A stretch of 64,000 nucleotides of DNA, from the NCBI GenBank assembly GCA_035938395.1, contig DASZGY010000071.1, positions 9,526 to 73,525 on the forward strand, given 5' to 3'. Numbering within the stretch: the first letter of the stretch is position 1; each line of letters begins with the position of its first letter. This stretch comes from Acidimicrobiia bacterium. Lineage in GTDB: Bacteria > Actinomycetota > Acidimicrobiia > IMCC26256 > JACDBD01. The translations under genes and the position numbers were made by a program. Below are positions 1 to 8,612 of this stretch, piece after piece. Under the pieces are notes generated by a model. It had not been told where the DNA came from. It was given only the letters and a program-made list of their open reading frames with translations, and did no database searches.

Positions 1-644
1 ATCCGGAAGGCACCCCGGAAGCTGACCTTCTCGGTGGGCTGATCGGCGGCCGCCGCACCGGCGAGATCCGTTGCGCGGGCGATGCAGAAGAACGACACGA
101 GGAACGTCAGCGCGTCGATCCAGAACACCAGCGCGTGCGTTCGGCCTCCGATGTCGCTCCCCGGGAGGGCGGCAACCGCGGCGAACGCCGCCGCGCCCAA
201 CGGGATGCTCCCGTACGACGAGCCGAGAATCAGTCCGTTGGCGAGCGGGAGCTCGTTGCGATCGACGATGTCGGGGATCGACGCGTCGCGCGCAGGGAGG
301 AACACGATGCTCGCCACCTCGACGAGGAACGCCCACAGGTAGATCCACCACAGGCCGCGCACGAACGGGACCAGCGCGATCATCGCGGCGCGTGCCGCGT
401 CCATCGTGAGCATCGTGCGCCGGCGGTCCCAGCGGCTCGCCGCCCGCGCCGCGAGCGGACCGCCGATCGCGGCGGGGATGAGCCGCAGCGCGAGGATCCC
501 GCCGACGGCGGCGGGCGATCCCGTGATCGCGAGCGTGAGCGCCATGAACGCGATCGTGCCCATCCAGTCGCCGAGCGCGGAGACGGCCTGCCCGACGAGC
601 AGGTCTCTGTAACTCTGGCGGCGGACGAGTGTCCCGACGCTCAC
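1..644 (-). CDS. MFS transporter, N-terminal part (gene runs off the left edge)
   Basis: Absent from the ORF track because it has no in-window stop. My reverse-strand translation from GTG at 644-642 reads VSVGTLVRRQSYRDLLVGQAVSALGDWMGTIAFMALTLAITGSPAAVGGILALRLIPAAIGGPLAARAASRWDRRR..., a typical MFS (EntS-like) N-terminus. GTGA overlap with the plsY stop. Confidence 0.65.
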   Translation of the reverse strand, partial: MSVGTLVRRQSYRDLLVGQAVSALGDWMGTIAFMALTLAITGSPAAVGGILALRLIPAAIGGPLAARAASRWDRRRTMLTMDAARAAMIALVPFVRGLWWIYLWAFLVEVASIVFLPARDASIPDIVDRNELPLANGLILGSSYGSIPLGAAAFAAVAALPGSDIGGRTHALVFWIDALTFLVSFFCIARATDLAGAAAADQPTEKVSFRGAFR

Positions 645-1261
645 GGCGTCTGGGAGGCTACGCGGTCGTCGCGGTCGTACAGGATGCGATTGCGGTACGT
701 CTGGCCGCGCGGGGGCTTCGCCGGCGCGTTGCCGACGACCCGCTTCACCAGCATCGGGATCGCGATGCAGAGGCCGGCGAGCGCGCCGACCGCTCCGTGC
801 GTCACGGCCAGTACCGGCGTCAGTGCTACCTCGGCCACGAGGGCGCCAACCGCAGTCTCGCCGAACACCTTCCCGAAGATCATGCCGGCGAGCAGCATCA
901 CGGCGCCCGGCCACGCGACGACGAGCAGCGCGCCGAGCGCGGGGGAGATGCCCCGCCCGCCGGCGCCGCGGAGGAACGGCGACCAGTTGTGGCCGACGAC
1001 GGCGGCACCGCCGGCCACGGCCGCCAGCGCCGGATGACCCGCCGCCATGGCCAGGCCTGGCCCCGCCGCGCCCTTGGCGACGTCGAGGACGCCCGCCGCC
1101 GCCAGCGGCCCGAACCCGGCGACCCGGTACAGCGACGAGCCGGAGACGGTGCCCGTGCCGACCCGGCGGAGGTCGACGCCACGTGCCCGCCGGCCCGCGA
1201 CGTACGAGAACGGAATGGCCCCGACCGCAAAGGACAGGACGAGGATCGCCGCCGCCTGCAT
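641..1261 (-). CDS. plsY: glycerol-3-phosphate acyltransferase PlsY
   Basis: ORF 641..1285(-). I prefer the ATG at 1261 (MQAAAILVLSFAVGAIPFSYV). Multi-TM protein; HNWSPFLRGAGGRG matches the PlsY signature block. Confidence 0.8.
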   Translation of the reverse strand: MQAAAILVLSFAVGAIPFSYVAGRRARGVDLRRVGTGTVSGSSLYRVAGFGPLAAAGVLDVAKGAAGPGLAMAAGHPALAAVAGGAAVVGHNWSPFLRGAGGRGISPALGALLVVAWPGAVMLLAGMIFGKVFGETAVGALVAEVALTPVLAVTHGAVGALAGLCIAIPMLVKRVVGNAPAKPPRGQTYRNRILYDRDDRVASQTP

Positions 1262-1414
1262 GCCACGAGTCTGGCCCAGCCCCACGCCTTGACGTGCCGA
1301 ATGTCCGGGCCGCCGCCGGCCGGAGGCCCCGCGCGCCCAATTGCCCAGATGACCAAGACACGGCTATCCCGGACATGTAAGACTTTCCGGCGTCGGGGTC
1401 CCAAAGGGGGGAAC

Positions 1415-3346
1415 ATGGGTCGTCGTGTGACCGTGGCCGCGCTCGTCGTGGCGGTCGCCGTCCTCGGGGGTTCCTTCTCCCTGACCGGCGCCGGGGCGCA
1501 GAGCTCGCCGGACCCGGCCCAGGTCGGCCGGTTCCTCCCGCCGTTCGAGGACATGCGCTCGAGCGAGGGCCAGAACGCGTGCCATACCGACGCCGACGGT
1601 CGACAGCTGTGCAAGCCTGCCGGCGCCACCGTCGTCGCGCTCGCCAACGGCAAGATCCTGTACTGGGACGCGCTCGAGGGCACCGAGAACGTGCAGCTGA
1701 GCATCGTGCTCGAGTTCGGCAAGCAGGCGCGCAACGACCGCAGCCGGACGATCGACCTGTCCGGGCCGCAACCGGTCTTCGGCACGCCCAACCCGGCCGA
1801 CGCCGGCGCGAACCCGGGTGGGAACCCCGGGAACCCGCTCCCGATCCCGTCGCTCCCGTTGCCGAGCGGGAACGGCGACACGACCGTGAACGACGGCGAC
1901 CTGTTCTGCGCCGACCAGGTGCAGCTCGCCGACGGGCGGATCATGGCCGTCGGCGGCACCAACTACTACCGCGACCCCGCGATCCCCGGCACCGACCTCG
2001 GCGTCGTCGAGCTCGAGGGGCTGCGCAACTCGCGCATCTACAACCCGACGACCAACCAGTGGACGCAGTCGGGATCGATGAACTACGGGCGGTGGTACCC
2101 GTCGCTCGTCACGCTGCCCGACGGCAAGATCCTCGTCGCCAGCGGCGTCAGCAAGCTCCTCAAGCCGGTGTACCCGGACCGGCCGTTCGACTCGGGCACC
2201 AACGTGAAGCAACTCGAGATGTACGACCCCGCCACCGGCGAGTGGACCGCGTTGCCGGAGAGCGCCAACCGTTCGCTGCCGCTGTTCCCGCGGTTGCACC
2301 TGCTGCCCGACGGGCACATCTTCTATGACGTCGCCGGCCAGTCGTTCAACCCGTTCGGCCAGGCGTACGACGAGGCGTTCTGGAACCTGGGAACCACGTT
2401 CGACCCCGCCACGAACCGCTGGACCGACCTGGGGGTCCCCGGCCTCACCACCGGGGCCCCCGACGCGGGCTTCGGATTCCGTGGTTCGACGTTCTCGGTG
2501 ATGCTGCCGCTCGAGCCGGACGCCGCCGGCAACTACACGAAGGCGCAGTTCCTCACCGCCGGCGGCACCCCCAGCGCGGTGGCGCCCTCGCCGGGAACGC
2601 CGCTCGGCACGAATCTCAGCCGCGTCGACACCGTGACGACGGGCGCGAACGGCAGCGAGTCGCTGTCGAGCGAATCGACCGGCCCGCTGCACTCCTCCCG
2701 CTGGTACCCGAGCGGCGTGCTCCTTCCCAACGGCCAGGCAATGGCGTTCTCGGGCGCCAACATCGACGAGGTGCAGGCGCCGAGCCTCGGGCAGCCGGTC
2801 AAGCAGGCCGAGCTCTACGACCCGGTCAAGAAGACGTGGACGCCGGTCGCCACCGCCACCCGGCCGCGGACGTACCACAACACGGCGATGCTGCTGCCCG
2901 ACGGCCGGGTGCTTGTCGGCGGGCACGCGCCGATCTCGACCGCGTACCTGTCGAACATCGCGGTACCCGGCGGCGAGCCCAACCCCAATCGTGACCCGTC
3001 GTTCGAGATCTACGAGCCCCCGTACCTGTTCGCCGGGCACCGTCCGACGATCGGCGCGGCGCCGGACACCCTCGGGTACGGCTCGACGATCAAGGTCGCG
3101 ACGCCCGACGCCGCGTCGCTCGACAGCGTCGTGCTCATGCGCAACTCCGCGATCACGCACTTGGTCGACGGCGACCAGCGCGCTGTGAAGCTGCCGGTCG
3201 TCCGCCGCGGCAACGGCGCCGTATGGGTCAAGGCGCCGCCGCGGCCCGAGGTCGCGCCGCCCGGGCCCTATCTGTTGTTCCTGAACCAGAAGGTCGGGGA
3301 CCAGATGGTGCCGTCGGTCGGCCACCAGATGATGCTCGCCGGGTGA
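1415..3346 (+). CDS. secreted copper-radical oxidase (glyoxal/galactose oxidase-like, kelch propeller + DUF1929)
   Basis: In-frame ATG at 1415 with AAAGGGGGG upstream. Signal peptide MGRRVTVAALVVAVAVLGG...GAGAQS. Motifs DLFCADQVQLADGRIMAVGG, RWYPSLVTLPDGKILVASG and YHNTAMLLPDGRVLVGG (Tyr-His ligand pair), plus a DUF1929-like C-terminus. The upstream part of ORF 629..3346 is Arg-rich junk. Confidence 0.85.
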   Translation: MGRRVTVAALVVAVAVLGGSFSLTGAGAQSSPDPAQVGRFLPPFEDMRSSEGQNACHTDADGRQLCKPAGATVVALANGKILYWDALEGTENVQLSIVLEFGKQARNDRSRTIDLSGPQPVFGTPNPADAGANPGGNPGNPLPIPSLPLPSGNGDTTVNDGDLFCADQVQLADGRIMAVGGTNYYRDPAIPGTDLGVVELEGLRNSRIYNPTTNQWTQSGSMNYGRWYPSLVTLPDGKILVASGVSKLLKPVYPDRPFDSGTNVKQLEMYDPATGEWTALPESANRSLPLFPRLHLLPDGHIFYDVAGQSFNPFGQAYDEAFWNLGTTFDPATNRWTDLGVPGLTTGAPDAGFGFRGSTFSVMLPLEPDAAGNYTKAQFLTAGGTPSAVAPSPGTPLGTNLSRVDTVTTGANGSESLSSESTGPLHSSRWYPSGVLLPNGQAMAFSGANIDEVQAPSLGQPVKQAELYDPVKKTWTPVATATRPRTYHNTAMLLPDGRVLVGGHAPISTAYLSNIAVPGGEPNPNRDPSFEIYEPPYLFAGHRPTIGAAPDTLGYGSTIKVATPDAASLDSVVLMRNSAITHLVDGDQRAVKLPVVRRGNGAVWVKAPPRPEVAPPGPYLLFLNQKVGDQMVPSVGHQMMLAG

Positions 3347-3364
3347 CCTCCGATCCGGTTCTCG

Positions 3365-4456
3365 GTGGCTCCGGCGGCCGCTAGCCCTCGCCGGAGGACC
3401 CCCCACCGGCCGGCAGCGGCCGCCGGGCCTCTCGCAGCGGCCCTGGCCGTGATCCTGGCTGTCGGCGTCGTCGCGGGCGTGGTCACGGTTCCCGCGACGC
3501 CGGCCGCGGCTCACAGCAGCGATCCGTCGATCCGTCCCGTCCTCGATGCCGTCCAGCCGGCGCTCCCGGGCGTGACCGTGCAGATCGCCGCCAGTGTCAC
3601 CGCGCAGCTCGTCGTGGCGAACCCGACACCGACCACGCTGTCGGTGTTCGACAACGACGGCCAGCCGTTCCTGCGCATCGGGCCCGAGGGCGTGCTCGCC
3701 AACAAGTCCTCGCCGTGGTGGTACCTCACCAACAGTCCCAACGGCGACGCGAGCATCCCCGCCGACGCGCGGCCGGGCGCGCCGCCCCGTTGGGAACGCG
3801 TCTCGGCCGCACCGACGTGGGGCTGGTTCGAGCACCGCCTGCATCCCGCGCCGCAGGGCGTCCCCCCCGACGTGTCCCGGACCCGCCGTGTGACCACCCT
3901 GGCGCGATGGTCCGTCCCGTTCGAATACGGCGGCCAACCCGTCGACGTCAGTGGCCGCATCGTGTACGAGCCGGTGCGCGGAGCGGTGACCACGCGCCTG
4001 CGCGGCACCACCCGGCCGTTCCGCCACGTGGAGGTGCAGCTGGCGCCAGGGCGCGTGCCGGCGCTCTTCCTCGCGAACCGGACCGCCACGCCGGTCGTCG
4101 TCACGGGCCGAGAGGGCGAGCCGTTCCTGCGCATCGGCCCGAAGGGCGCCGACGTGAACCGGCACAGCCCCACCTGGGCCGACGACGCCCGAGCCCAGGG
4201 TCAGGACGTCGCGGTCGCGGCCGCCGTCGTCGACCCGACGGCGCCGCCCGACTGGGCGCCGGTCGCGGGCGCGCCGACCTACTCGTGGCTCGAGTTCCGC
4301 GGCCTCTACGAACACGACCTTCCGCCAGGCCGCGTCCTCGCAGCCGGGAAGCCGGCGGTGCTGCGCGCCTGGACCGTGCCGCTCGAGCACGGGGGGCGCC
4401 GGGTCGAGCTACACGGCGACACGGTGTGGAAGCCGGTCAGCCGCGCGAAGAGGTGA
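3365..4456 (+). CDS. secreted protein of unknown function with two internal repeats
   Basis: GTG start 18 nt after the upstream stop. Long RRR-containing signal peptide ending PAAA|HSSDP. Two ~150-aa repeats, each with G(Q/E)PFLRIGP and W(S/T)VP(F/L)E(Y/H)GG. No family recognised. Confidence 0.65.
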   Translation: MAPAAASPRRRTPHRPAAAAGPLAAALAVILAVGVVAGVVTVPATPAAAHSSDPSIRPVLDAVQPALPGVTVQIAASVTAQLVVANPTPTTLSVFDNDGQPFLRIGPEGVLANKSSPWWYLTNSPNGDASIPADARPGAPPRWERVSAAPTWGWFEHRLHPAPQGVPPDVSRTRRVTTLARWSVPFEYGGQPVDVSGRIVYEPVRGAVTTRLRGTTRPFRHVEVQLAPGRVPALFLANRTATPVVVTGREGEPFLRIGPKGADVNRHSPTWADDARAQGQDVAVAAAVVDPTAPPDWAPVAGAPTYSWLEFRGLYEHDLPPGRVLAAGKPAVLRAWTVPLEHGGRRVELHGDTVWKPVSRAKR

Positions 4457-5294
4457 CGCGGCGCGCCGCCCTGTTCGGGTAGCCCTCGGGCAGCACGAAC
4501 GTGCCCTTGGTCGTCGCGGAATACACCTGCCACTGGTAGTAACCGAGGAACGCGCGCTCGTCCGACAGCATGAGCTGCGCGTACGCCTGCACCGCGTCGA
4601 CGTACCGCCGGCTGTTGTTGTAGCGGAGCAACGCCTGCCCAATGTCGGCGGGCGCACCGCTCGCCTGCAGCAACCGCCCTGCGGCCAGGATCGCGTCGTG
4701 GTTGTCGTTGATGTCGCCCTGCCCGTAGCGCGCCCACGTCTCGGGGATGAACTGCATCGGGCCCTGCGCGCCGGCGGTGCTCGTGCCCCTGATCCGTCCC
4801 AGCCTGGTCTCGACGAGATGGATGGACGCGAAGTACGCCCACGGGATGCCGGTCGCCGCTTCGGCTTCGCCGTAGTACGAGCGGAGCACTTCCACCGGCA
4901 GCGGCGACACGATGGTCCAGTCGGGGAGCTGTCGCGGTCGCGGTCCTTCTCCTCCGACCGCCGCCAGGTCGCGTCCGGCGCGGTCGTTGTCGGTCACGAT
5001 CGGCTTCACGTCCGCGGGCAGCTTCGCCAGCACAGTGGGCAACCAGTCGGGGTGGGCGGTCAACGCCCGGTACGCGTTCTGTTGCTCCCAGCCGAGGCGG
5101 GGGAGATCGGCGGGCCGCGTGGCCGGCGAGCGCAGCGCCCGCTCGGCCCGTTTCAGTGCCGTAGCCGTCGCGGTCGGGGTTCTCGGAAGCGGGAGGTCGG
5201 CAGGGCTCTTCGGGGCCGGCTCACCATGCGCGCTACGCCCGCCGACGCACGCGACCGCGAGCGCGACCACGAGCACGAGCGCCGCGCGCCGCAC
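4437..5294 (-). CDS. lytic transglycosylase (SLT domain), secreted
   Basis: GTG start; signal peptide MRRAALVLVVALAVACVGG; SLT motif GAQGPMQFIPETWARYG. Confidence 0.8.
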   Translation of the reverse strand: MRRAALVLVVALAVACVGGRSAHGEPAPKSPADLPLPRTPTATATALKRAERALRSPATRPADLPRLGWEQQNAYRALTAHPDWLPTVLAKLPADVKPIVTDNDRAGRDLAAVGGEGPRPRQLPDWTIVSPLPVEVLRSYYGEAEAATGIPWAYFASIHLVETRLGRIRGTSTAGAQGPMQFIPETWARYGQGDINDNHDAILAAGRLLQASGAPADIGQALLRYNNSRRYVDAVQAYAQLMLSDERAFLGYYQWQVYSATTKGTFVLPEGYPNRAARRVTSSRG

Positions 5295-5297
5295 TGG

Positions 5298-5639
5298 TCA
5301 GGCCAGCCGGCCGGGTCCGCCGTCGTCGGTCACGATCGCCCCGCCCGCCGCCGCCCACGCCTCCAATCCGCCGTCGAAGTTCACCGCCTGGAAGCCCATC
5401 TCGCGGAGCTCGACGGTGGCGTCGGCGCTCCGCTCGCCCGTGCGGGACATCGCGACGAGCCTCCGGTTCATGGGCAACGTGAAGCGTCGGGCTTCGAGCT
5501 GGTCGAGCGGGATCGACCACGCCTCCGGCGCGTGTCCTGCCCCGAACTCGCCGGGATCGCGGACGTCCACGAGCACGTCGTCGGCGACCTCGCCGCCCAT
5601 CTGGATCTGCGGGATCCGCTGGCCGACGTAGCGCGGCAT
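5298..5639 (-). CDS. rhodanese-homology domain protein lacking the catalytic Cys
   Basis: Start at ATG 5639 (MPRYVGQ); the longer ORF N-terminus is Arg/Gly junk. Tandem paralogue of the next gene, with LVAMSRTGERS where the active loop is VVICKTGARS. The protein has no Cys at all. Confidence 0.7.
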   Translation of the reverse strand: MPRYVGQRIPQIQMGGEVADDVLVDVRDPGEFGAGHAPEAWSIPLDQLEARRFTLPMNRRLVAMSRTGERSADATVELREMGFQAVNFDGGLEAWAAAGGAIVTDDGGPGRLA

Positions 5640-5647
5640 CTGCGCCC

Positions 5648-5992
5648 TCAGCCGACGGTGCCGGGCCGGCCGTCGTCGGTGACGATCGCGAGGCCGGCCG
5701 CCTGCCAGGCCTCGCTCCCGCCGGCGACGTTGACGGCCCCGTAGCCGGCGGCGACCAGCGCCTTCGCGACCTGGGCCGACCGAGCGCCCGTCTTGCAGAT
5801 GACGACGATCTCTCGGTCGGTGGGGAGCTCCTCCTGGCGCTCCGCGAGCTCGCCCATCGGGATCCACGCCGCGCCCTCGGCGTGACCCGCCTGCCACTCG
5901 TCCGGGTTGCGCACGTCGAGCAGCAGCGCCCCGGCGTCGACCCGGCGCTTGCCCTCGGTCGGATCGATGTGCTCCACGTCGGGCGGTGTCAT
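5648..5992 (-). CDS. rhodanese-type sulfurtransferase (single domain)
   Basis: ATG at 5992 (MTPPDVEH) overlaps the upstream stop as ATGA. Active-site loop ICKTGARS (CxxGxRS). Confidence 0.8.
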   Translation of the reverse strand: MTPPDVEHIDPTEGKRRVDAGALLLDVRNPDEWQAGHAEGAAWIPMGELAERQEELPTDREIVVICKTGARSAQVAKALVAAGYGAVNVAGGSEAWQAAGLAIVTDDGRPGTVG

Positions 5993-7386
5993 GCCTTCGG
6001 CTCCTTCTCCTGCCCGGCCTGCTGCAGCTTCCATCCGTCGTACCCGCCGAGCAGGTCGGACACGTCGTCGAAGCCGGCGGCGGCGAGAACGCTGGCGGCG
6101 ATCGACGAGCGGTAGCCGCTCGCGCAGTACACGACGGTAGGGCGCGTCGGGTCCAGCTCGCTCATCCGCTCCGTGAGCTGCGGGAGCGGCAGGTTGGCGG
6201 CGCCGGGGATCGCACCGCCGGCCGTCTCGCCCGGGTTGCGCACGTCGACGACCTGGAGTGCATCCACCTCGCCGTGACGGTTCTCGAGCTCGGCGACGGT
6301 GAGCCGCGAGCTCGGCTCGACGACCTCCGGATGCTCGAGGAGCGCGCGCACCGGGTCGGCGAGCGCGCCGTCGATGCGATCGAAGCCGATGCGGCTGAGC
6401 CGCACCTTGGCCTCGAGCCCGGTGCCCGGCTCACTCACGAGCACGACGGGCCGGTCGGGCGCGAGCACGTCGCCGCCGAACTCGGCGAAGCGGCCGTGCA
6501 GTCCCACGTTGACCGATCCGCGCAGGTGGCCGGCGGCGAAGTCCAGCGGGTCCCGCGTGTCGAGGACGGCCGTGCCGGCGTCACGTCGCGCCACGAGCTC
6601 TTCGAGCGTGAGCGGGGGCGGCGACTCCGCCTCGTCGAGCAGCGCATGCGCCTGCCGGTTGCGTTGCGCGTCGAACGAGAAGTACACGGGTTGGAGCGGC
6701 TGACCCTCCGTGACGATCCCGACGAACTCGGCCTCGCTCATCGGCTGGAGCGCGTAGTTCGTGCGGCGCTGCTCGCCGATCGTCGACTGCGTCTCGGTCG
6801 AGAGGTTCTTGCCGCACGCCGATCCGGCACCATGCGCAGGAAACACGCGGGTTGCGTCCGGCAGTACGAGCAGCTTCTCGTGCAGCGACCGGTACAGATC
6901 GCGTGCCAGCGCGTCGGGCGCGACACCCGACGCGCTCAAGAGATCGGGGCGGCCCACGTCGCCGATGAACATGGTGTCGCCCGTGAGCACGCCGTACGGC
7001 ACGGCGTCGTCCGTTCTCTCGCGCACGATGACGCTGATCGATTCGGGCGTGTGCCCCGGAGTCGCCAGTGCCTGGAGCATGACGTCCCCGAGTCGCAGCT
7101 GCTCGCCGTCGCGAAGGGGCTCGATCGGGAAATCGACGTCGGCGCCCTCGCCGTAGGAGATCGCGGCGCCGGTCTTGGCTGCGAGCTCCAGATGCCCGCT
7201 CAGGAAGTCGGCGTGGATGTGCGTCTCGATCACGCGCTCGATACGCAGGTCGTGGGCGTCGGCGTCGTCGAGGTAGATCTCGACGTCGCGCCGCGGATCG
7301 ACGACCACCGCCCGCCCCGTGCCCTCGTCGCCGACGAGGTACGACGCCTGGGACAGGCAGTCCAGGTAGTACTGCACGAAATGCAT
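5989..7386 (-). CDS. MBL-fold persulfide dioxygenase fused to two rhodanese domains (CstB/Blh-like)
   Basis: N-terminal THIHADFLSGH and ATPGHTPES metallo-beta-lactamase motifs. The middle rhodanese domain lacks Cys (VLVSEPGTG); the C-terminal one carries VVYCASGYRS. Confidence 0.85.
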   Translation of the reverse strand: MHFVQYYLDCLSQASYLVGDEGTGRAVVVDPRRDVEIYLDDADAHDLRIERVIETHIHADFLSGHLELAAKTGAAISYGEGADVDFPIEPLRDGEQLRLGDVMLQALATPGHTPESISVIVRERTDDAVPYGVLTGDTMFIGDVGRPDLLSASGVAPDALARDLYRSLHEKLLVLPDATRVFPAHGAGSACGKNLSTETQSTIGEQRRTNYALQPMSEAEFVGIVTEGQPLQPVYFSFDAQRNRQAHALLDEAESPPPLTLEELVARRDAGTAVLDTRDPLDFAAGHLRGSVNVGLHGRFAEFGGDVLAPDRPVVLVSEPGTGLEAKVRLSRIGFDRIDGALADPVRALLEHPEVVEPSSRLTVAELENRHGEVDALQVVDVRNPGETAGGAIPGAANLPLPQLTERMSELDPTRPTVVYCASGYRSSIAASVLAAAGFDDVSDLLGGYDGWKLQQAGQEKEPKA

Positions 7387-7713
7387 TCAGTCCTGCTCTT
7401 CGTCACCGTCGCGGGCTCCGGGGCGGCCCAACTCCCGCTCGACCGCCACCATCTTGCCGTGCAACGCGTCGGTGAACCCCGGGCGGTGGTCGATCTTGAT
7501 CACGATGCTCACTCTCGGTGACCGGGCCGCCACCGCTTCCACGCAGCGTTGGATGACGGCCATCACCTCGTCCCACTCACCTTCGATGTTCGTGAACATC
7601 GCGTTCGTCTCGTTCGGGAGCCCGCTCTCGCGTACGATCCGTACCGCGTCGGCGACCAACTCGCCGACGGAATCGCCCGCTCCCAGCGGGGTCACGGAGA
7701 ACGCTGCCAGCAC
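7387..7713 (-). CDS. MTH1187/YkoF-family (DUF77) small protein
   Basis: GTG start with GAGGAGG 6 nt upstream. [23 protein letters not shown]...[13 protein letters not shown]...[11 protein letters not shown] fits the DUF77 pattern. The stop abuts the ATG of the downstream gene. Confidence 0.75.
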   Translation of the reverse strand: MLAAFSVTPLGAGDSVGELVADAVRIVRESGLPNETNAMFTNIEGEWDEVMAVIQRCVEAVAARSPRVSIVIKIDHRPGFTDALHGKMVAVERELGRPGARDGDEEQD

Positions 7714-7778
7714 GGCTCACCTCCTCGAAGGGCTCAAGTTTCGCACCCTGGTGAGCCGATAGTCGCGACGAGGGTTTC

Positions 7779-8612
7779 GTGCATACCGGTCCTAGCGTCT
7801 TCGCTCCACGACCCAGCGCTCGCGCGAGAACGGCGTGGGTAGCCGTCTTGCTGAGCGTTGTGGTCGTCTCGCTCATCGGCTCGGCCGCGCCCGGCTTCGC
7901 CGACGGACCGACGGGCGGCAGGGCAGACGATCGCGGCGCTGCCGACCGCCGCACCGACCTCGTCGGCGAGGTCCACGAGAAGCTGGACCAGATCCGACGC
8001 GGCCGCGACGGCGGCAATGCGCCGGCCGCCACGCCTGCCGGCTCCGAGCGCGCGGCGCTCACCGCCGCGCCGGCCGCGGCTCCGGCCGCGAACGGGCGCA
8101 CCGAAGCACCGGCGCCGCTCGCCGCGCCGGTCGTCGGGCTGACCGCACCCGTCGTGGGGCTGACTGCGCCCGTCGTCGGGCTGACCGCACCCGTCGTTGC
8201 GCCCACCGCGCCCGAATCCGTGCCCGCAACCCCTTCAGCGCCCGAGGCGCCGTCGCCGGCCCCGTTGGCCGACGTGCTGCTGTCGTCGGCGCCCCTGCTG
8301 GCGCCGCCCGCGGGTGCGGCGGTGCCCGCCTCGTCGCCGACGGCCGCCCCGGTTGAAGCAGCGTCGCCGGCAGCCGCGCCGGCGCCCGACGCGCCTGCGC
8401 CGGCGCAGGTGGACGCCGCGCCACCGCCGACGGGGAAGGACGCGGGTGGCGAACGACGTGCCGAGTCGCCGAGGTCGGTCGCCGAGCGGTCGTTCACGGC
8501 GCTGCTCCTGCTTATGGCAGCGGTGCTCGTGTTCCTCGCCGTCCACGGCCGGCTCGACCGGCGCGACCCGAAGCTGGGCGACCGCCCCCGCGACTTCCGC
8601 CGCTTCCGGTGA
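7779..8612 (+). CDS. Ala/Pro-rich secreted or membrane-anchored low-complexity protein
   Basis: Signal-like N-terminus (AWVAVLLSVVVVSLIGSAAPGFA), 3.5 copies of APVVGLT, C-terminal TM (FTALLLLMAAVLVFLAV). Stop overlaps the GTG of the GGDEF gene (GTGA). Low complexity reduces certainty. Confidence 0.55.
   Translation: MHTGPSVFAPRPSARARTAWVAVLLSVVVVSLIGSAAPGFADGPTGGRADDRGAADRRTDLVGEVHEKLDQIRRGRDGGNAPAATPAGSERAALTAAPAAAPAANGRTEAPAPLAAPVVGLTAPVVGLTAPVVGLTAPVVAPTAPESVPATPSAPEAPSPAPLADVLLSSAPLLAPPAGAAVPASSPTAAPVEAASPAAAPAPDAPAPAQVDAAPPPTGKDAGGERRAESPRSVAERSFTALLLLMAAVLVFLAVHGRLDRRDPKLGDRPRDFRRFR
8124..8201 (+). repeat. in-frame 21-nt tandem repeat, about 3.5 copies
   Basis: gcgccggtcgtcgggctgacc / gcacccgtcgtggggctgact / gcgcccgtcgtcgggctgacc / gcacccgtcgttgcg, read directly. 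Encodes APVVGLT repeats. Confidence 0.85.

Noticed and set aside
1364-4390. Very long ORFs such as 1364..4390(-), 7577..10141(-), 8197..10080(+), 21627..24116(-), 37167..39164(-, N-terminal part), 38798..40741(-), 49233..51836(+) and 55146-overlapping frames
   Set aside because: They are Arg/Pro/Gly/Ala-dominated and carry no recognisable motifs. Each lies antisense to or out of frame with a gene that has clear family signatures. They are typical shadow ORFs of high-GC DNA.
8124-8201. Short direct repeats as a CRISPR array
   Set aside because: The repeats are contiguous with no spacers, 21 nt long, in frame inside a coding region, and no cas genes are present.
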